Shown here piece by piece: positions 9,665-20,013 of a DNA stretch of 64,000 bases. Source of the stretch: a candidate division FCPU426 bacterium. Lineage in GTDB: Bacteria; Oederibacteriota; Muellerivitia; Muellerivitales; Muellerivitaceae. Position 1 is the first letter of the stretch, and every line of letters starts with the position of its first letter. Below the pieces are notes generated by a model that ran no database searches, was not told where the DNA came from, and saw only the letters and a list, made by a program, of their open reading frames with translations. The DNA lies in NCBI GenBank assembly GCA_963830915.1, contig CAWHOE010000064.1, forward strand, positions 64,001 through 128,000, given 5' to 3'. The position numbers were made by a program, and so were the translations under genes.

Positions 9665-10830
9665 GTGAAAAAAATACCCCAGGCCGTGCTCATCCTTGGA
9701 TTCGCCAGCCTCCTGACTGATGTCGCCAGCGAGGGCATCTACCCCGTCCTTCCCCTTTTCCTTTCCCAGGTCTTGGGCGCCGGCCCATTGGCTCTGGGCG
9801 TGATCGAGGGCGTGGCCGAAACCACCGCTTCCCTGTTGAAAGTTTTCTCTGGTTTTTGGGCCGATCGTCTGAAGAAACGCAAACCCCTTATCGTCCTGGG
9901 CTACGGTCTTTCCAGTTTCCTTCGCCCCTTGATCGGCATCGCCCAGACCTGGCCGATGGTGTTGTTCTTTCGATTCATGGACCGGGTCGGCAAGGGGATC
10001 CGTTCTTCGCCCAGGGACGCCCTCATCGCGGACGTCACCACACCCGCCAATCGGGGACTCTCCTATGGCATCCACAGCGCCATGGACAGCGCCGGCGCCC
10101 TGATGGGGCCCCTCATCGCGGCGACCTTGGTCTATTCCTTGAAAATGGGTTTCGAAAGATCATCCTTCTTTCCGCCATTCCCAGCCTGGCCGCCTGGCTG
10201 ACCCTTTGGCTTCTTAAGGAAAAATCCCGTTCCGCCCCCAAGAAAATCTCACCCTTCAATCCCTTGAGGGATTGGAAAAAATTGAACCTTTCCTTCAAGG
10301 GACTTCTAGCCATCCTTCTCATTTTCACTCTCGGGAATTCCACCGACGCGTTCCTGTTGATCCGCTTGTCTCAAGTCGGTGTGACCGCCGTTGGGGTCAT
10401 GGTGCTTTGGGCGTGTTTTAGCGGAGTGAAGATGATATCGGCTTATTACGGCGGTAAACTTTCTGACTCGTTGGGCCGCAAACCGCTCATCGTTTCCGGC
10501 TGGTTCTATTACGCCCTGGTCTACCTGGCTTTCGCCCTTGTGTCGGGAACCTTCGCCACCATCGCCATCTTCCTGGCCTACGGCGTCTATTACGGCCTCT
10601 GCGAACCCTCTGAAAAGGCCTTTGTGGCGGACCTGGTCCCGAAGGATCTCCGAGGAACCTCCTTCGGCTACTACAACCTGGTCATCGGGCTGGGCGCCCT
10701 TCCAGCCAGCCTGCTCTTCGGATCCATCGGCCAGCTTTGGGGCTACCCCGTCGCTTTCGCGGTAGGCGCTGGGCTGGCGGGCCTGGCCGCCAGCCTTTTA
10801 CTTTTCATCAAACCCCGTCGAACTTCTTGA
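9665..10830 (+). CDS. MFS transporter; one-base frameshift near 10152
   Basis: DVASEGIYPVLP, DRLKKRKP, DRVGKGIRSSPRDALIA then LGNSTDAFL, SDSLGRKP; one extra T in gggtttcga joins the frames. Confidence 0.88.
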
Positions 10831-10926
10831 TCCAAAAGCCAATAGTTCTTTCGATAAAAGGTCGGTAGGTTTCTTCGAAGAAATCTAGTAACTTTCTTTC
10901 CGCTTATCGTTGACGACACGACAAAT

Positions 10927-10969
10927 TATGAGGGTAGTCATACTGACAAATTTTTTCGGTCCATAAGAT
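10927..10969 (+). promoter_or_regulatory. Box TATGAG-GGTA-GTCATA (10927-10942) plus -10 TAAGAT (10964-10969)
   Basis: Motif with a 21-nt spacer upstream of the Rieske operon. Confidence 0.7.
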
Positions 10970-10999
10970 GTAACAACTTTCAGGGGAGGAAGTCACACT

Positions 11000-11506
11000 A
11001 TGCAAGAAACCAACAGGACCGGTTCCGGGCCGGAAAATCCACGCCGCCGCACATTCCTGGTCGGCCTCATCAGCGTCATGGGAGGGTTCATCACCCTCGT
11101 CCTGGGCGGGTCGGGCCTTTTCTATTTCCTGTCGCCGGCCTGGCGCGGGAAAAAAGAGGACTGGGTCGAACTGGGCCCCGTCGCCAATCTCAAGGAGGAT
11201 GAACCTGTCAAGGTGGACTACCTCCAGCGCAAATCGGACGGTTGGGAAGTCATCGAAAGTCCCGATACCGTCTGGATCCTGAAGAGCAAGAATGACCTGG
11301 TTGCCTACGACCCCCATTGCACCCACCTGGGCTGTCACTACCGCTGGGATACGGATAAAGGCGCCTTCCTTTGCCCCTGCCATGGAGGCACCTTCAACAA
11401 ACAAGGCGAGGTGGTTTCCGGGCCTCCCCCCCGGCCCCTACGCCGCTTCACGACGAAAGTGGAGAATGGTTCGCTCTTCCTTCTCCCGGAGGATAAAAAA
11501 TCATGA
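11000..11506 (+). CDS. qcrA: Rieske [2Fe-2S] subunit of a quinol:cytochrome c reductase
   Basis: Tat-like RRRTFL plus TM helix, CTHLGC and CPCHG motifs. Confidence 0.92.
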   Translation: MQETNRTGSGPENPRRRTFLVGLISVMGGFITLVLGGSGLFYFLSPAWRGKKEDWVELGPVANLKEDEPVKVDYLQRKSDGWEVIESPDTVWILKSKNDLVAYDPHCTHLGCHYRWDTDKGAFLCPCHGGTFNKQGEVVSGPPPRPLRRFTTKVENGSLFLLPEDKKS

Positions 11507-13131
11507 AAAAGATCCTCGATTGGCTCGATGAGCGTACCGGCTGGCGCAAGGTCAAGGAAGTGGTCCTGGACCGCCACGTTCCCCAGGGCATCGACTGGCG
11601 CTATACCTTCGGCAGTATCACCATCTTCTTCTTCGTGGTGCAGGTGGTTACCGGCATCCTGCTGGCGATGCATTATTCCCCTTCCCCGGACCACGCTTAT
11701 GATTCGGTGAAGTACCTTTCCACCAGCGTCCCCATGGGCAATTTCCTCAGGGGCCTGCACAAATGGGGCGCCACCGGCATGGTGGTATTCGTGTCCCTCC
11801 ATTTATTGCGGGTCTTTTTCATGGCTTCCTATAAGTACCCCCGGGAAGTCACCTGGTTCACCGGCGTGGCCCTCTTTTTCCTGGTCATCGGCTTCGGCTT
11901 CACCGGCTACCTGCTTCCCTGGGACCAGAAGGCCTACTGGGCCACCACGGTGGGCGCCAAGATGGTCGAGCAAGTCCCCTTCATCGGAGGGGCCCTTTCC
12001 CAGATCATGAAAGGCGGTACGGACCTGGGGGCCATCACCCTGGCCCGTTTCTACGCCATCCATGTGCTTGTTTTCCCGGCCATTGCCCTTCTCTTCTTAG
12101 GGCTTCATTTGTTCCTCGTGGTCTGGCATGGCATCTCCAACCCTCCTGAAAAGAACGACCCCCTCACGGGCCAGGAAGCGGACTGGAAACAACGCCTCAA
12201 GACCCATTACCAGGAACTCAAGGCCAAGGGACCGACCTTCTGGCCAGATATCATCTTCAAGGACACCACCGCCGCCTTCCTGGTCTTCCTCGCCCTCATT
12301 GGCATGGCCCTCTGGAAAGGCGCCCAGATGGAGGACTTGGCCAACCCCACCGATACCAACTACAACCCCCGGCCCGAGTGGTACTTCCTCTCGGTTTTCC
12401 AGATCCTGAAATATTTCCCGGGCAAGTCGGAGACTTTCGCCATTGTGCTTCTTCCGGCCATCGCGGTGCTGGTACTGGTCGCCCTGCCCTTCTTGGACCG
12501 AAGCCCCAAGCGCCATTTCAAGGACCGCAAGTGGCTGGTCCTGGCCGGATGGATGTCGGTCCTGGGCGTCGTGTTCTTCACCATCCAGGGCGCCCGCACC
12601 CCCCTGACCAACCCGGTCGTGGAAAAAGACCCCCTCATCACCGAGGGCAAGAGGCTCTTCGGCGACCTTCATTGCGTGTATTGCCACAGCTTGAACGGAC
12701 AGGGGGGGCAGGTCGGCCCGGCCCTGGACCAGGTGGGATTGCGCCGCAACCGCGATTGGCTGGCCGCCCACTTCCGCAATCCCAAGAAGGTCACCCCCGG
12801 CACCAAGATGCCCAATTTCAACCTGCTCGATTCTGAAGTCGAGGCGCTGGTGGCTTACATGAGCAGTCTGGGAGGCGGGACTTTCACGCCCCAGGCTCCC
12901 CGTTTGTTCGAGGATAACTGTTCCTCTTGCCATAAGTTCCATGGGGTGGGCGAAGAGATCGCCACGGACCTTTCCCACATCGGGGAAGCCCGGGACGCGG
13001 CCTATATCGCCGCCTACATCAAGAACCCGACCAAGCTGAACCCGGATGGGGCCATGCAGGCCTTTGACGGCCAGTTGACGGACGCCCAGATCAACGATCT
13101 GGCCCAGTACCTGTACCAACAGGGGAAATAA
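11503..13131 (+). CDS. qcrB: Cytochrome b (unsplit, including subunit-IV region) fused to two cytochrome c domains
   Basis: RGLHKWGA, GYLLPWDQKAYWA, RFYAIHV, PEWY; CVYCH and CSSCH. Confidence 0.92.
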   Translation: MKKILDWLDERTGWRKVKEVVLDRHVPQGIDWRYTFGSITIFFFVVQVVTGILLAMHYSPSPDHAYDSVKYLSTSVPMGNFLRGLHKWGATGMVVFVSLHLLRVFFMASYKYPREVTWFTGVALFFLVIGFGFTGYLLPWDQKAYWATTVGAKMVEQVPFIGGALSQIMKGGTDLGAITLARFYAIHVLVFPAIALLFLGLHLFLVVWHGISNPPEKNDPLTGQEADWKQRLKTHYQELKAKGPTFWPDIIFKDTTAAFLVFLALIGMALWKGAQMEDLANPTDTNYNPRPEWYFLSVFQILKYFPGKSETFAIVLLPAIAVLVLVALPFLDRSPKRHFKDRKWLVLAGWMSVLGVVFFTIQGARTPLTNPVVEKDPLITEGKRLFGDLHCVYCHSLNGQGGQVGPALDQVGLRRNRDWLAAHFRNPKKVTPGTKMPNFNLLDSEVEALVAYMSSLGGGTFTPQAPRLFEDNCSSCHKFHGVGEEIATDLSHIGEARDAAYIAAYIKNPTKLNPDGAMQAFDGQLTDAQINDLAQYLYQQGK

Positions 13132-13150
13132 GACGGCAGGAGACTTCGGC

Positions 13151-13672
13151 ATGACATCCTTCGCTCCCCAAACCTTGCTGGAATTGAACCATATCCACCA
13201 ACAGATGGACGACCTGTTCGAGAAGCACCAGGTCGCCATCCTGAAGGGTGAATATACCCAGGCCAAGGCCATGCTGAAGGTCTTCGAGCGGGCGCTCATG
13301 AACCACATGAAGGAAGAGGACGAGATACTCCTACCTCTTTACCGGCAACGGGCGGCCCAGATCAGGGGCGGTGACGCGGATGTTTTCTCGGAAGAGCACA
13401 AGAAGATCACGGAGTGGATGAGCCGCCTCAACCTGAGGTCATCCCGCTTGAGCCGAAGCGATTCCAACTGGAAAGAGATCATCGCCCTGCTGGACGACGA
13501 GGCCCAGTTCAAGAAGTATATGGAGCACCATTCAGTCCGGGAGGACCGCATCTTCTATCCCGAAGTGGACCGCGTCGTAGATGATAAGGAAAAGGCCCAG
13601 TTATTCAGGCTTTTGACCTTCTCCATTGATGAAGTCGACAATCCCCCTGCCGACTCTAAAAGCTCGTCTTAA
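13151..13672 (+). CDS. Hemerythrin-domain protein
   Basis: H...HMKEEDEILLP...EEH...HHSVREDRIFYP. Confidence 0.85.
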   Translation: MTSFAPQTLLELNHIHQQMDDLFEKHQVAILKGEYTQAKAMLKVFERALMNHMKEEDEILLPLYRQRAAQIRGGDADVFSEEHKKITEWMSRLNLRSSRLSRSDSNWKEIIALLDDEAQFKKYMEHHSVREDRIFYPEVDRVVDDKEKAQLFRLLTFSIDEVDNPPADSKSSS

Positions 13673-13757
13673 ATCCTCTTAAAAAAACCTAATCCCATAG
13701 GAACAAATTCCTGATCGTCCCCTCTCTGAACCGACTGATTTTTCTTATGTCCTGGTT

Positions 13758-15662
13758 TTAGAAGGTCCAGGTCGTCCCCGCTTCCACATACCGTCCCGGC
13801 ATGGGCAAACCCTGGAGAGTGGCGTAAGTCTGGTTGAAAAGGTTGGTCCCGTTCAGGAACAGCCTCATGTTTCGGTCGACTTGCGCTCTTAACCCCGTGT
13901 TCCAGATCCAATAGGACAAGGTGGTGATGAGGGGAGGTTCCTCGTCATAGTCACCCTGGTAGAGGACCGGGTTATGTTCCACATATTGGGTATGGAAGTC
14001 CCATTCGACCCCGGGAGCGAAGTCGGACCCGAACCCGGCTGTGAATTTGACCCTCACCCGGTCCGGGATTAGTTCTTGGGTTTGTCGGTCCCGGGAATCG
14101 ACGAATAGAAAGTTCCCGTAAGGGGAAAACTCCGGGGCCGGTTCCCAACGCAGGTCCGCTTCCGCCCCCAGCAAGGCGGCCTGGGGGATATTCACGAATG
14201 TCCAGAATCCCGTGGCGTCCTGGGCCGGAGTGATGAGGTTGGTATAAAGGTCGGCGAATCCGTCCGCCTGAAGGGTCAAACCCTTCCATTTCAGGTTCGT
14301 CCCCACTTCCCAATTCATCGAGCTTTCGGGCGATAAGCCCGGATTGCCTGTTTCCCCAGCCCCGAATTCCTGGGGACTGCCTGGCGCGAAGGGGATGTTG
14401 GGGTGGAAAAGCTCGTCGAAAGTCCCCCGGCGGTAGCCCGTTCCGGCTTGGGCGTAGAGGGAAAGGCCCGGTTCCCATTCGTAGCGCAGGGTCCCAACGG
14501 GGTTGAAGACCGCCGTGTTGTAATTATTGAATGCGTCGAGCCTTCCGCTCCAGTCCAGCGTCAGCCCCGACACGGGTCGCAGGGTCCCCCGGGCGTCCAG
14601 GGAAAGCACGTTGTTCACTCGGGCGCCCCCGCCATCCAGCCCCTCGGTCCCCTGAACCTGTTCGGACCGGAATCCCAAACCCAGGGTCATGCCGCCGAAC
14701 CATCCGCTCTCCTTCAGCGACGCCGAGGCGGACCCGTCGAAAGTGTCATAGTTGTTCTGGTCCACGGGAGGAACCCCCGAGGCGTTGTCCGCCTGCAAGG
14801 GGCTCAAGCGGTACACATAGGCGTGGTCATAGGCGAAGGAGCTGTCCAGGGTCCAAATCCCCACCGGGTGCTCATCCCGAAGAACCATCCCGAAGGTTTG
14901 TTTTTGGCCCCGGTCGTCCGTGTCAAACTCGCCGATATCCTGGGCCGCCAGGCTGTCGCCGTTGGGGGCGCCCCCGTTCCGATAGGTGTATTGGGCCGTC
15001 AGGGACAGTCGACCCTGGCCCAATTGAACCAGGGAGCTATGGTCGATCTCGCCGGAAACCTGGTCGGTATTGACGGTGTACCCGTTGGTTTGGTTCCAGT
15101 TGCCCCCCAGGGAGCCCTCCCAGGGACCGGCTTTCCAGGTGCCGGTGGAGGCGCGAAGTACGTAGGTGCCGAAATCACCATAAGAGGCGCCGACCAATCC
15201 CTGGGAACCCTGGGTCTGGGTGAGTATGTTCAAGACCCCTCCGGTGGCGTCGGGGGCGTAGGCGAGCGCCCCGGGCCCCTTGATCAGCTCGATGCTTTGA
15301 ATGTCGTCCGTGGGCAAGGTACCCAGGTCGAACCCCTGGTCGACCCTTTGCCCGTTCACCAGGATGACCGTTTGGTTCGCGTCCCCTCCCCGGATCGAGG
15401 GTTGGCTGAAACTCTTGGCCCCGCCCAAGCCCTGGGATTCCACGGACGGGATATTATCCAGCAGGTCCCCCAATCGGCCGTCCGCGTCCAGCGATCCCAG
15501 GTCCTTCCCTTCCAATAGCTTGTTCCCCATTTTTTCCCCGTAAACGACCACTTCATTGATCTGGTAAACAGCCGGGCCTGTCGAGGGTGATGGGGTTGGG
15601 ATTTCCTGGGAATAAGCCCAGCGGCTGACCAGGATGAAAACGACAAAAAACCAATAACGCAT
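13758..15662 (-). CDS. TonB-dependent receptor
   Basis: TonB-box-like EVVVYG, plug SIRG...IELIKGPGALAY...GGVLNILT, C-terminal NLFNQTY...PGRYVEAGTTWTF. Confidence 0.9.
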   Translation of the reverse strand: MRYWFFVVFILVSRWAYSQEIPTPSPSTGPAVYQINEVVVYGEKMGNKLLEGKDLGSLDADGRLGDLLDNIPSVESQGLGGAKSFSQPSIRGGDANQTVILVNGQRVDQGFDLGTLPTDDIQSIELIKGPGALAYAPDATGGVLNILTQTQGSQGLVGASYGDFGTYVLRASTGTWKAGPWEGSLGGNWNQTNGYTVNTDQVSGEIDHSSLVQLGQGRLSLTAQYTYRNGGAPNGDSLAAQDIGEFDTDDRGQKQTFGMVLRDEHPVGIWTLDSSFAYDHAYVYRLSPLQADNASGVPPVDQNNYDTFDGSASASLKESGWFGGMTLGLGFRSEQVQGTEGLDGGGARVNNVLSLDARGTLRPVSGLTLDWSGRLDAFNNYNTAVFNPVGTLRYEWEPGLSLYAQAGTGYRRGTFDELFHPNIPFAPGSPQEFGAGETGNPGLSPESSMNWEVGTNLKWKGLTLQADGFADLYTNLITPAQDATGFWTFVNIPQAALLGAEADLRWEPAPEFSPYGNFLFVDSRDRQTQELIPDRVRVKFTAGFGSDFAPGVEWDFHTQYVEHNPVLYQGDYDEEPPLITTLSYWIWNTGLRAQVDRNMRLFLNGTNLFNQTYATLQGLPMPGRYVEAGTTWTF

Positions 15663-15848
15663 TTCTTCCACCAAATGGGATTTAACGACGGGAGATTATG
15701 GAACCAAAAGGATAAACCAAGGTTGAGGGAATGTTAAAAAAATCCGCCAATCCGAAGCCGCTCATTGGTTCAAGGTACGGTTTTGTCCCGAACGATCTTG
15801 ATCATCCTAGTCCCCAGGGAATATCGCCCTTTGGTCTGTTTCTCCCAC

Positions 15849-17837
15849 CTAAGAACGGGTCTTGGTAGGTACGGGCGTGGGGTCGGGGTTGGTCTGGGGC
15901 CGGGGGTTGAAGTCGGCCGGGATGGGATTGGGCAACCCCATCGTCTGGTCCACCGGAACGATACCGATCGCCTTCAAACCGAAGCCGCTTTTTTGCGGAA
16001 GCTCTCCCACGATAGTCTCAGGGATGGAGGCGTAGTCGGGCGGAAGGATCGAAACCGCCCCGCTGAGCCTGGCCGGGTCGAAGGCCGTCACCAGGTCGGA
16101 GACGTCCGGGGTCAAGGCGTCGTCCGGCCCCCAGTTATCCTGCCCCAGCTTCTTCTTGCCGAGTTTCCGGCCTTTCATCTCATCGGGCAGCTTGGCCAGG
16201 GGCGTGAGCCCGAAAACCGTATCCACGAACTTCACGACCGAACCATGGTCCCCCGTCTCATGCACGACCGAGTGGGCCCTGGCGTAGGGGGAGATGAGAA
16301 TGAAAGGGATCCGGGGACCGTCGTTGATGGCTTCCTTATCCGGACCGAAGACCCGCAGGGGCGGAGGCACGTGGTCATAGAACCCCCCTTCGTCGTCCCA
16401 GGCGATGATGATGGCGCAGTTATTCCAATACTGGCTGCTGGCGATGGTGTTGACGACCTTGGCCAACAAGGCCTCGCTGATCTGGGAATCCGAACCTCCC
16501 GGATGGTCGTCATCCCCCAGGTACTTTTTCTGGACCTCCGTGTCGGGGTCCGCTGGTTTCATACCTAAGAGGTTCCAGTGGCCTCCCTTCACGTAATAGA
16601 CGCCCCCATCGGGGGAAAGGGTTCCCTTGGCGAGGGCTGGCATGAATTCCTTCAGGTCATGGAGGCTTGAGGCCATAGCCGGGCTGTGGACGATGTACCC
16701 GAAATACTGCGGGCCGTTATGGTGGGTGACATAGGACATATGGACCCCCTCGGCGTCGGTCGGATCCTCGCCTCCCGGGGTGGGCTCGCCATAACCTTCC
16801 TGGTACCAACCCCAGGAAATGGGTTTGCTCCCTTTTTGGGTCAGGTAGGCCACGTCATCCCCCAGATCCTCCAGGTCGGAGTCCTTATCCGGGTCGGCGG
16901 AGGTCTGGCTTTCAGCCTCCGAACCAGCTAAGGAAAGCGGAAGGGTCGCGTAGGTCTGGTTGTAGGCGACCTCGTGCGCCTTGTCTTTATTCGCGAAGTC
17001 CTTCGGGTTCACGGGCATCTTGGGGTTGGACTTGTCCTCCGGAGAACCCCAGAAGGGATCGGAACTGTTCAGGACCGGCTCACCCGCGCCTTTCTTCCCA
17101 TAATCCTTTTCCATTTCATCCGGATGGAGGGCGGCCTGGGTCTGACCGCTCTGGGCGGCGATGATGGACAGGTTGCCGGGCGTGGAGGGGCCGACCATCA
17201 GTTGGAAGAAACGGTCGAAAATGACGAATCGGTTGGCCCAGCGCCAGAGGAAGGGGATGGTCTGCCCATCTAGATGGGACATGGTGATCTCCCCGAATTG
17301 CTTGGCCTTTAGGTCGGGAAGGCCGTCCGGGACTTTTTTCATCTCTTCCGACAGGGCGAACTTGTCCATCAAGGGCTTGCCATCCGTCACATCCATCTTT
17401 TGGTCGATCAACAAGTGGCCGTGGCCCACGTCATCCAGGTCCGCGGCGTATTCTTTGGGCCCGATGAGAAAAGGCTGTAACTGGGAGGTAGTCCCGTCGG
17501 TGTTCTTGATGTCCTGGGTAAAACCTGGGGTCAGGCTGGCCGGGTGGGAATAAATGCCCTCCACGCCGGGGAAAGTGCCGAAGTAGGAATCGAACGAGCG
17601 GTTTTCCTGGTAAAGGATGAAGACGTATTTGACATTTTTTTGCAGGAGAGCGACCAACTGCTTCTTGCTGAGGTGTGGTTCCTTATCCTTGGGGACTTCG
17701 TAAGAGGCGACCTGGTCGTCACCCGTGGGGGGCAGGGATTGGACAACGGGTTTGGATTGGGCCGGGGAATTTAGTCCAAGAACCCCCAGAATTCCTAACG
17801 TGAAAAGAACGCTTAAGAAAGTTTGAAAAAATTTCAC
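15849..17837 (-). CDS. Secreted phosphoesterase / phospholipase C (AcpA-like)
   Basis: QENRSFDSYFG, GPSTPGN, DDHP, WDDEGGFYDHVPPP, GPRIP; signal peptide; probable GTG start at 17837. Confidence 0.9.
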   Translation of the reverse strand: MKFFQTFLSVLFTLGILGVLGLNSPAQSKPVVQSLPPTGDDQVASYEVPKDKEPHLSKKQLVALLQKNVKYVFILYQENRSFDSYFGTFPGVEGIYSHPASLTPGFTQDIKNTDGTTSQLQPFLIGPKEYAADLDDVGHGHLLIDQKMDVTDGKPLMDKFALSEEMKKVPDGLPDLKAKQFGEITMSHLDGQTIPFLWRWANRFVIFDRFFQLMVGPSTPGNLSIIAAQSGQTQAALHPDEMEKDYGKKGAGEPVLNSSDPFWGSPEDKSNPKMPVNPKDFANKDKAHEVAYNQTYATLPLSLAGSEAESQTSADPDKDSDLEDLGDDVAYLTQKGSKPISWGWYQEGYGEPTPGGEDPTDAEGVHMSYVTHHNGPQYFGYIVHSPAMASSLHDLKEFMPALAKGTLSPDGGVYYVKGGHWNLLGMKPADPDTEVQKKYLGDDDHPGGSDSQISEALLAKVVNTIASSQYWNNCAIIIAWDDEGGFYDHVPPPLRVFGPDKEAINDGPRIPFILISPYARAHSVVHETGDHGSVVKFVDTVFGLTPLAKLPDEMKGRKLGKKKLGQDNWGPDDALTPDVSDLVTAFDPARLSGAVSILPPDYASIPETIVGELPQKSGFGLKAIGIVPVDQTMGLPNPIPADFNPRPQTNPDPTPVPTKTRS

Positions 17838-17921
17838 TTTTCCCCCCCCTTTTTTCATTTCAATGACTTTGACCACTCGGCGTTACCTCGGTGTTAACGA
17901 TTCATATCCTGATGGTTGCGA

Positions 17922-17945
17922 TTGGATTAAGGAATCTTAATCCAA
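17922..17945. promoter_or_regulatory. Perfect 10-bp inverted repeat, possible operator
   Basis: TTGGATTAAG-GAAT-CTTAATCCAA upstream of the phosphoesterase. Confidence 0.35.
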
Positions 17946-17957
17946 ACCCTTTATGCA

Positions 17958-18193
17958 TATTCGCAAAGAGCACTTTAAGTTGAAATTTTGCCAATTCGCT
18001 GGTTGCACCCTCTCCCCCTCTGTGCTAAAGCACTATACTGTTCTCATTATTTTAATTTCATATGAGGAACAGCATGAAAGAGGGGAAACAAGGGGGAGTT
18101 AGCCTTGCTACACTGCTCCGAATAACGACTAATACCCCCTACCCCCCTTTTTCAAAGGGGGTACAACCATCTGTAAGATGTGCTTTGCGGATA
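17958..18193 (-). repeat. CCCCCTTT/AAAGGGGG REP-like element copy A, carrying the 52-bp insert at 18023-18074
   Basis: Homologous to 21989-22170, 30476-30617 and 32969-33187. Confidence 0.9.
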
Positions 18194-18207
18194 GGCGATC
18201 GAGGTTT

Positions 18208-18969
18208 CTATTCTTCCCCCGGGAAGGTCCATCGATAGGCCAAAAATCCCGTGAAATGGTTCCCGCTCTGGAGCAGGTCCCTCCCCGCGGAGAAAACCAG
18301 GTGGTTCACCGGGTCGAAATTGATGATCCCCCCCACATTGAACCCCATATTGTCGCTCAAGCCATTGGCGCTGGCGCTGTGGTAAAAGATCTCGCCACCC
18401 AGGGAGAAGCGGGAGGAAAGGTCCCGTTGGATAGCCCAACCCAGGAAAACCCAATTCTTATTCCCAGGTCCCGGATCGATCCAATAGCCCCCACCCCCGA
18501 AACTGGTCCAGGGCCCCCAGCTTTTTTGGAGCCAGAGGGGCAGTAAGAACTGGACTTGCCCCGCGCCCAACCCCTTCCCGGAGTCGCCCGTAGGCAGATC
18601 GACCTGGGGAAAAACGGCCGCCTGAGGCGTCCCCTCGGTTTCATGGAGGAACCGGTATTTCACGCTCAGTTGGGTATCCCCATAACCGTAAGCGGAGTTG
18701 AGACCAGCGGGAGAATTAAAGGCGGCCTGTTCGGTCAGGCTGAATTGGGTATCGGGCAACCCTCCCCAATTCACCGCCAAAAAAGGGGCGGTGCCGGAGA
18801 GGTCATTCTGGACCTGAAGGGCGGTGGCTCCCAAGAATATCTCCCAATGGCCAAGTTCAGGCGGCTCCGGATCGTCCGTCTCGAATGGCGGTCCCGCCCA
18901 ACCCAAAGTGGTCCATCCCAGGCTGATCAACAGAAAAAGGACCCATCGAAATAAACGCCAGTTGTTCAT
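18208..18969 (-). CDS. Outer-membrane beta-barrel 'transporter' (MetA-pathway/SphA-like)
   Basis: Signal peptide, GPPFETDDPEP, GYGDTQLSVKYRF, LPTGDSGKGLGAG. Confidence 0.75.
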   Translation of the reverse strand: MNNWRLFRWVLFLLISLGWTTLGWAGPPFETDDPEPPELGHWEIFLGATALQVQNDLSGTAPFLAVNWGGLPDTQFSLTEQAAFNSPAGLNSAYGYGDTQLSVKYRFLHETEGTPQAAVFPQVDLPTGDSGKGLGAGQVQFLLPLWLQKSWGPWTSFGGGGYWIDPGPGNKNWVFLGWAIQRDLSSRFSLGGEIFYHSASANGLSDNMGFNVGGIINFDPVNHLVFSAGRDLLQSGNHFTGFLAYRWTFPGEE

Positions 18970-18997
18970 CTCGAACGGGGCAACCAAAACACTCATA

Positions 18998-19894
18998 TCA
19001 CTTGGGCGATGGCATTCTTTTTTTAAGTTCATTCAGATTATCCCTGCCATCCGAATTGTCCTGATCGGCCGATTTTTGGAACCAGATCATCGCCTGTTGT
19101 TTGTCCTGGGCGACTCCCTGCCCGTACTCATAAAGAATACCTAGCAAATTTTCCCCTCTCGCGTTGCCCTGGTCCGCCGATTTCTTGAACCATTGATAGG
19201 CCCGTGAGTAGTCCCGGGGTACCCCTTCGCCCATGTAGTACATCAAGCCGAGGGAGTTGCATCCGTCCGAGTTTCCTTTGTCCGCTGAATGTTGAAAATA
19301 CTTGAAGGCTAGCGGATAGTCCTGGGTAACGCCCTGCCCGAGGACATAAAAGGAACCCAGTAAATTCTCGCTGGTGGGGTCGCCCTGGTTCGCTGATTTT
19401 TTGAACCATACTATAGCCTGCTGATAGTCCGAGGCCACCCCCTCCCCGTTGGCGTACATCTTCCCGATGGAGTTATAGGCGCTCACGCTTCCCCGCTTCG
19501 CGCCCTCCTGGTAATAAGCCATCGCTTTGGGGTAACTCCTATGGCGTCCCAGACCATTCTCGTACAGCAGACCGATACAGACAAAGGCATCGGCGTTCCC
19601 CAGTTCAGCGGCTTTTTTGTACCAATGATAGGCGCTGCTATAGCTCTGATGATCGCCCTGACCCTTTTCGTACAGGACGCCCACGCATCGGGCCGCGTCC
19701 GAATAACCCCAATGGGCCGAGATCTTGAACCATTTCATGGCCTTGACATAATCGTGATCGACCAGGGCTTGGGCCCCTTTGTCATACTCTGGGGAACCGG
19801 GCACCGATCCCAATACCCCCCGAGCGAAGACTAAATTCCCAGGGGCCAGTAATATAATGAATGTCAAAAATATTCCAACTGGGTTCTTGACCAT
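18998..19894 (-). CDS. Secreted SEL1-like repeat protein
   Basis: About 7 repeats of LGxxYxxGxGVxQDYxxAxxWFKKSAxQG; RBS AGGAGG before ATG 19894. Confidence 0.92.
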   Translation of the reverse strand: MVKNPVGIFLTFIILLAPGNLVFARGVLGSVPGSPEYDKGAQALVDHDYVKAMKWFKISAHWGYSDAARCVGVLYEKGQGDHQSYSSAYHWYKKAAELGNADAFVCIGLLYENGLGRHRSYPKAMAYYQEGAKRGSVSAYNSIGKMYANGEGVASDYQQAIVWFKKSANQGDPTSENLLGSFYVLGQGVTQDYPLAFKYFQHSADKGNSDGCNSLGLMYYMGEGVPRDYSRAYQWFKKSADQGNARGENLLGILYEYGQGVAQDKQQAMIWFQKSADQDNSDGRDNLNELKKRMPSPK

Positions 19895-20013
19895 ATAAAA
19901 CCCTCCTGCGCAAATATCAAACTCTGCCCATCCATATCTTAAGCCCATGGCCTTCATTGTTTGCAAATCTCAATGGGATCGACAGGACCTCTTTGGGTTA
20001 ATTCAGAGCTAGA

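Noticed and set aside
10145..10160. MFS pseudogene
   Set aside because: A single missing T in a T run; both halves are otherwise intact
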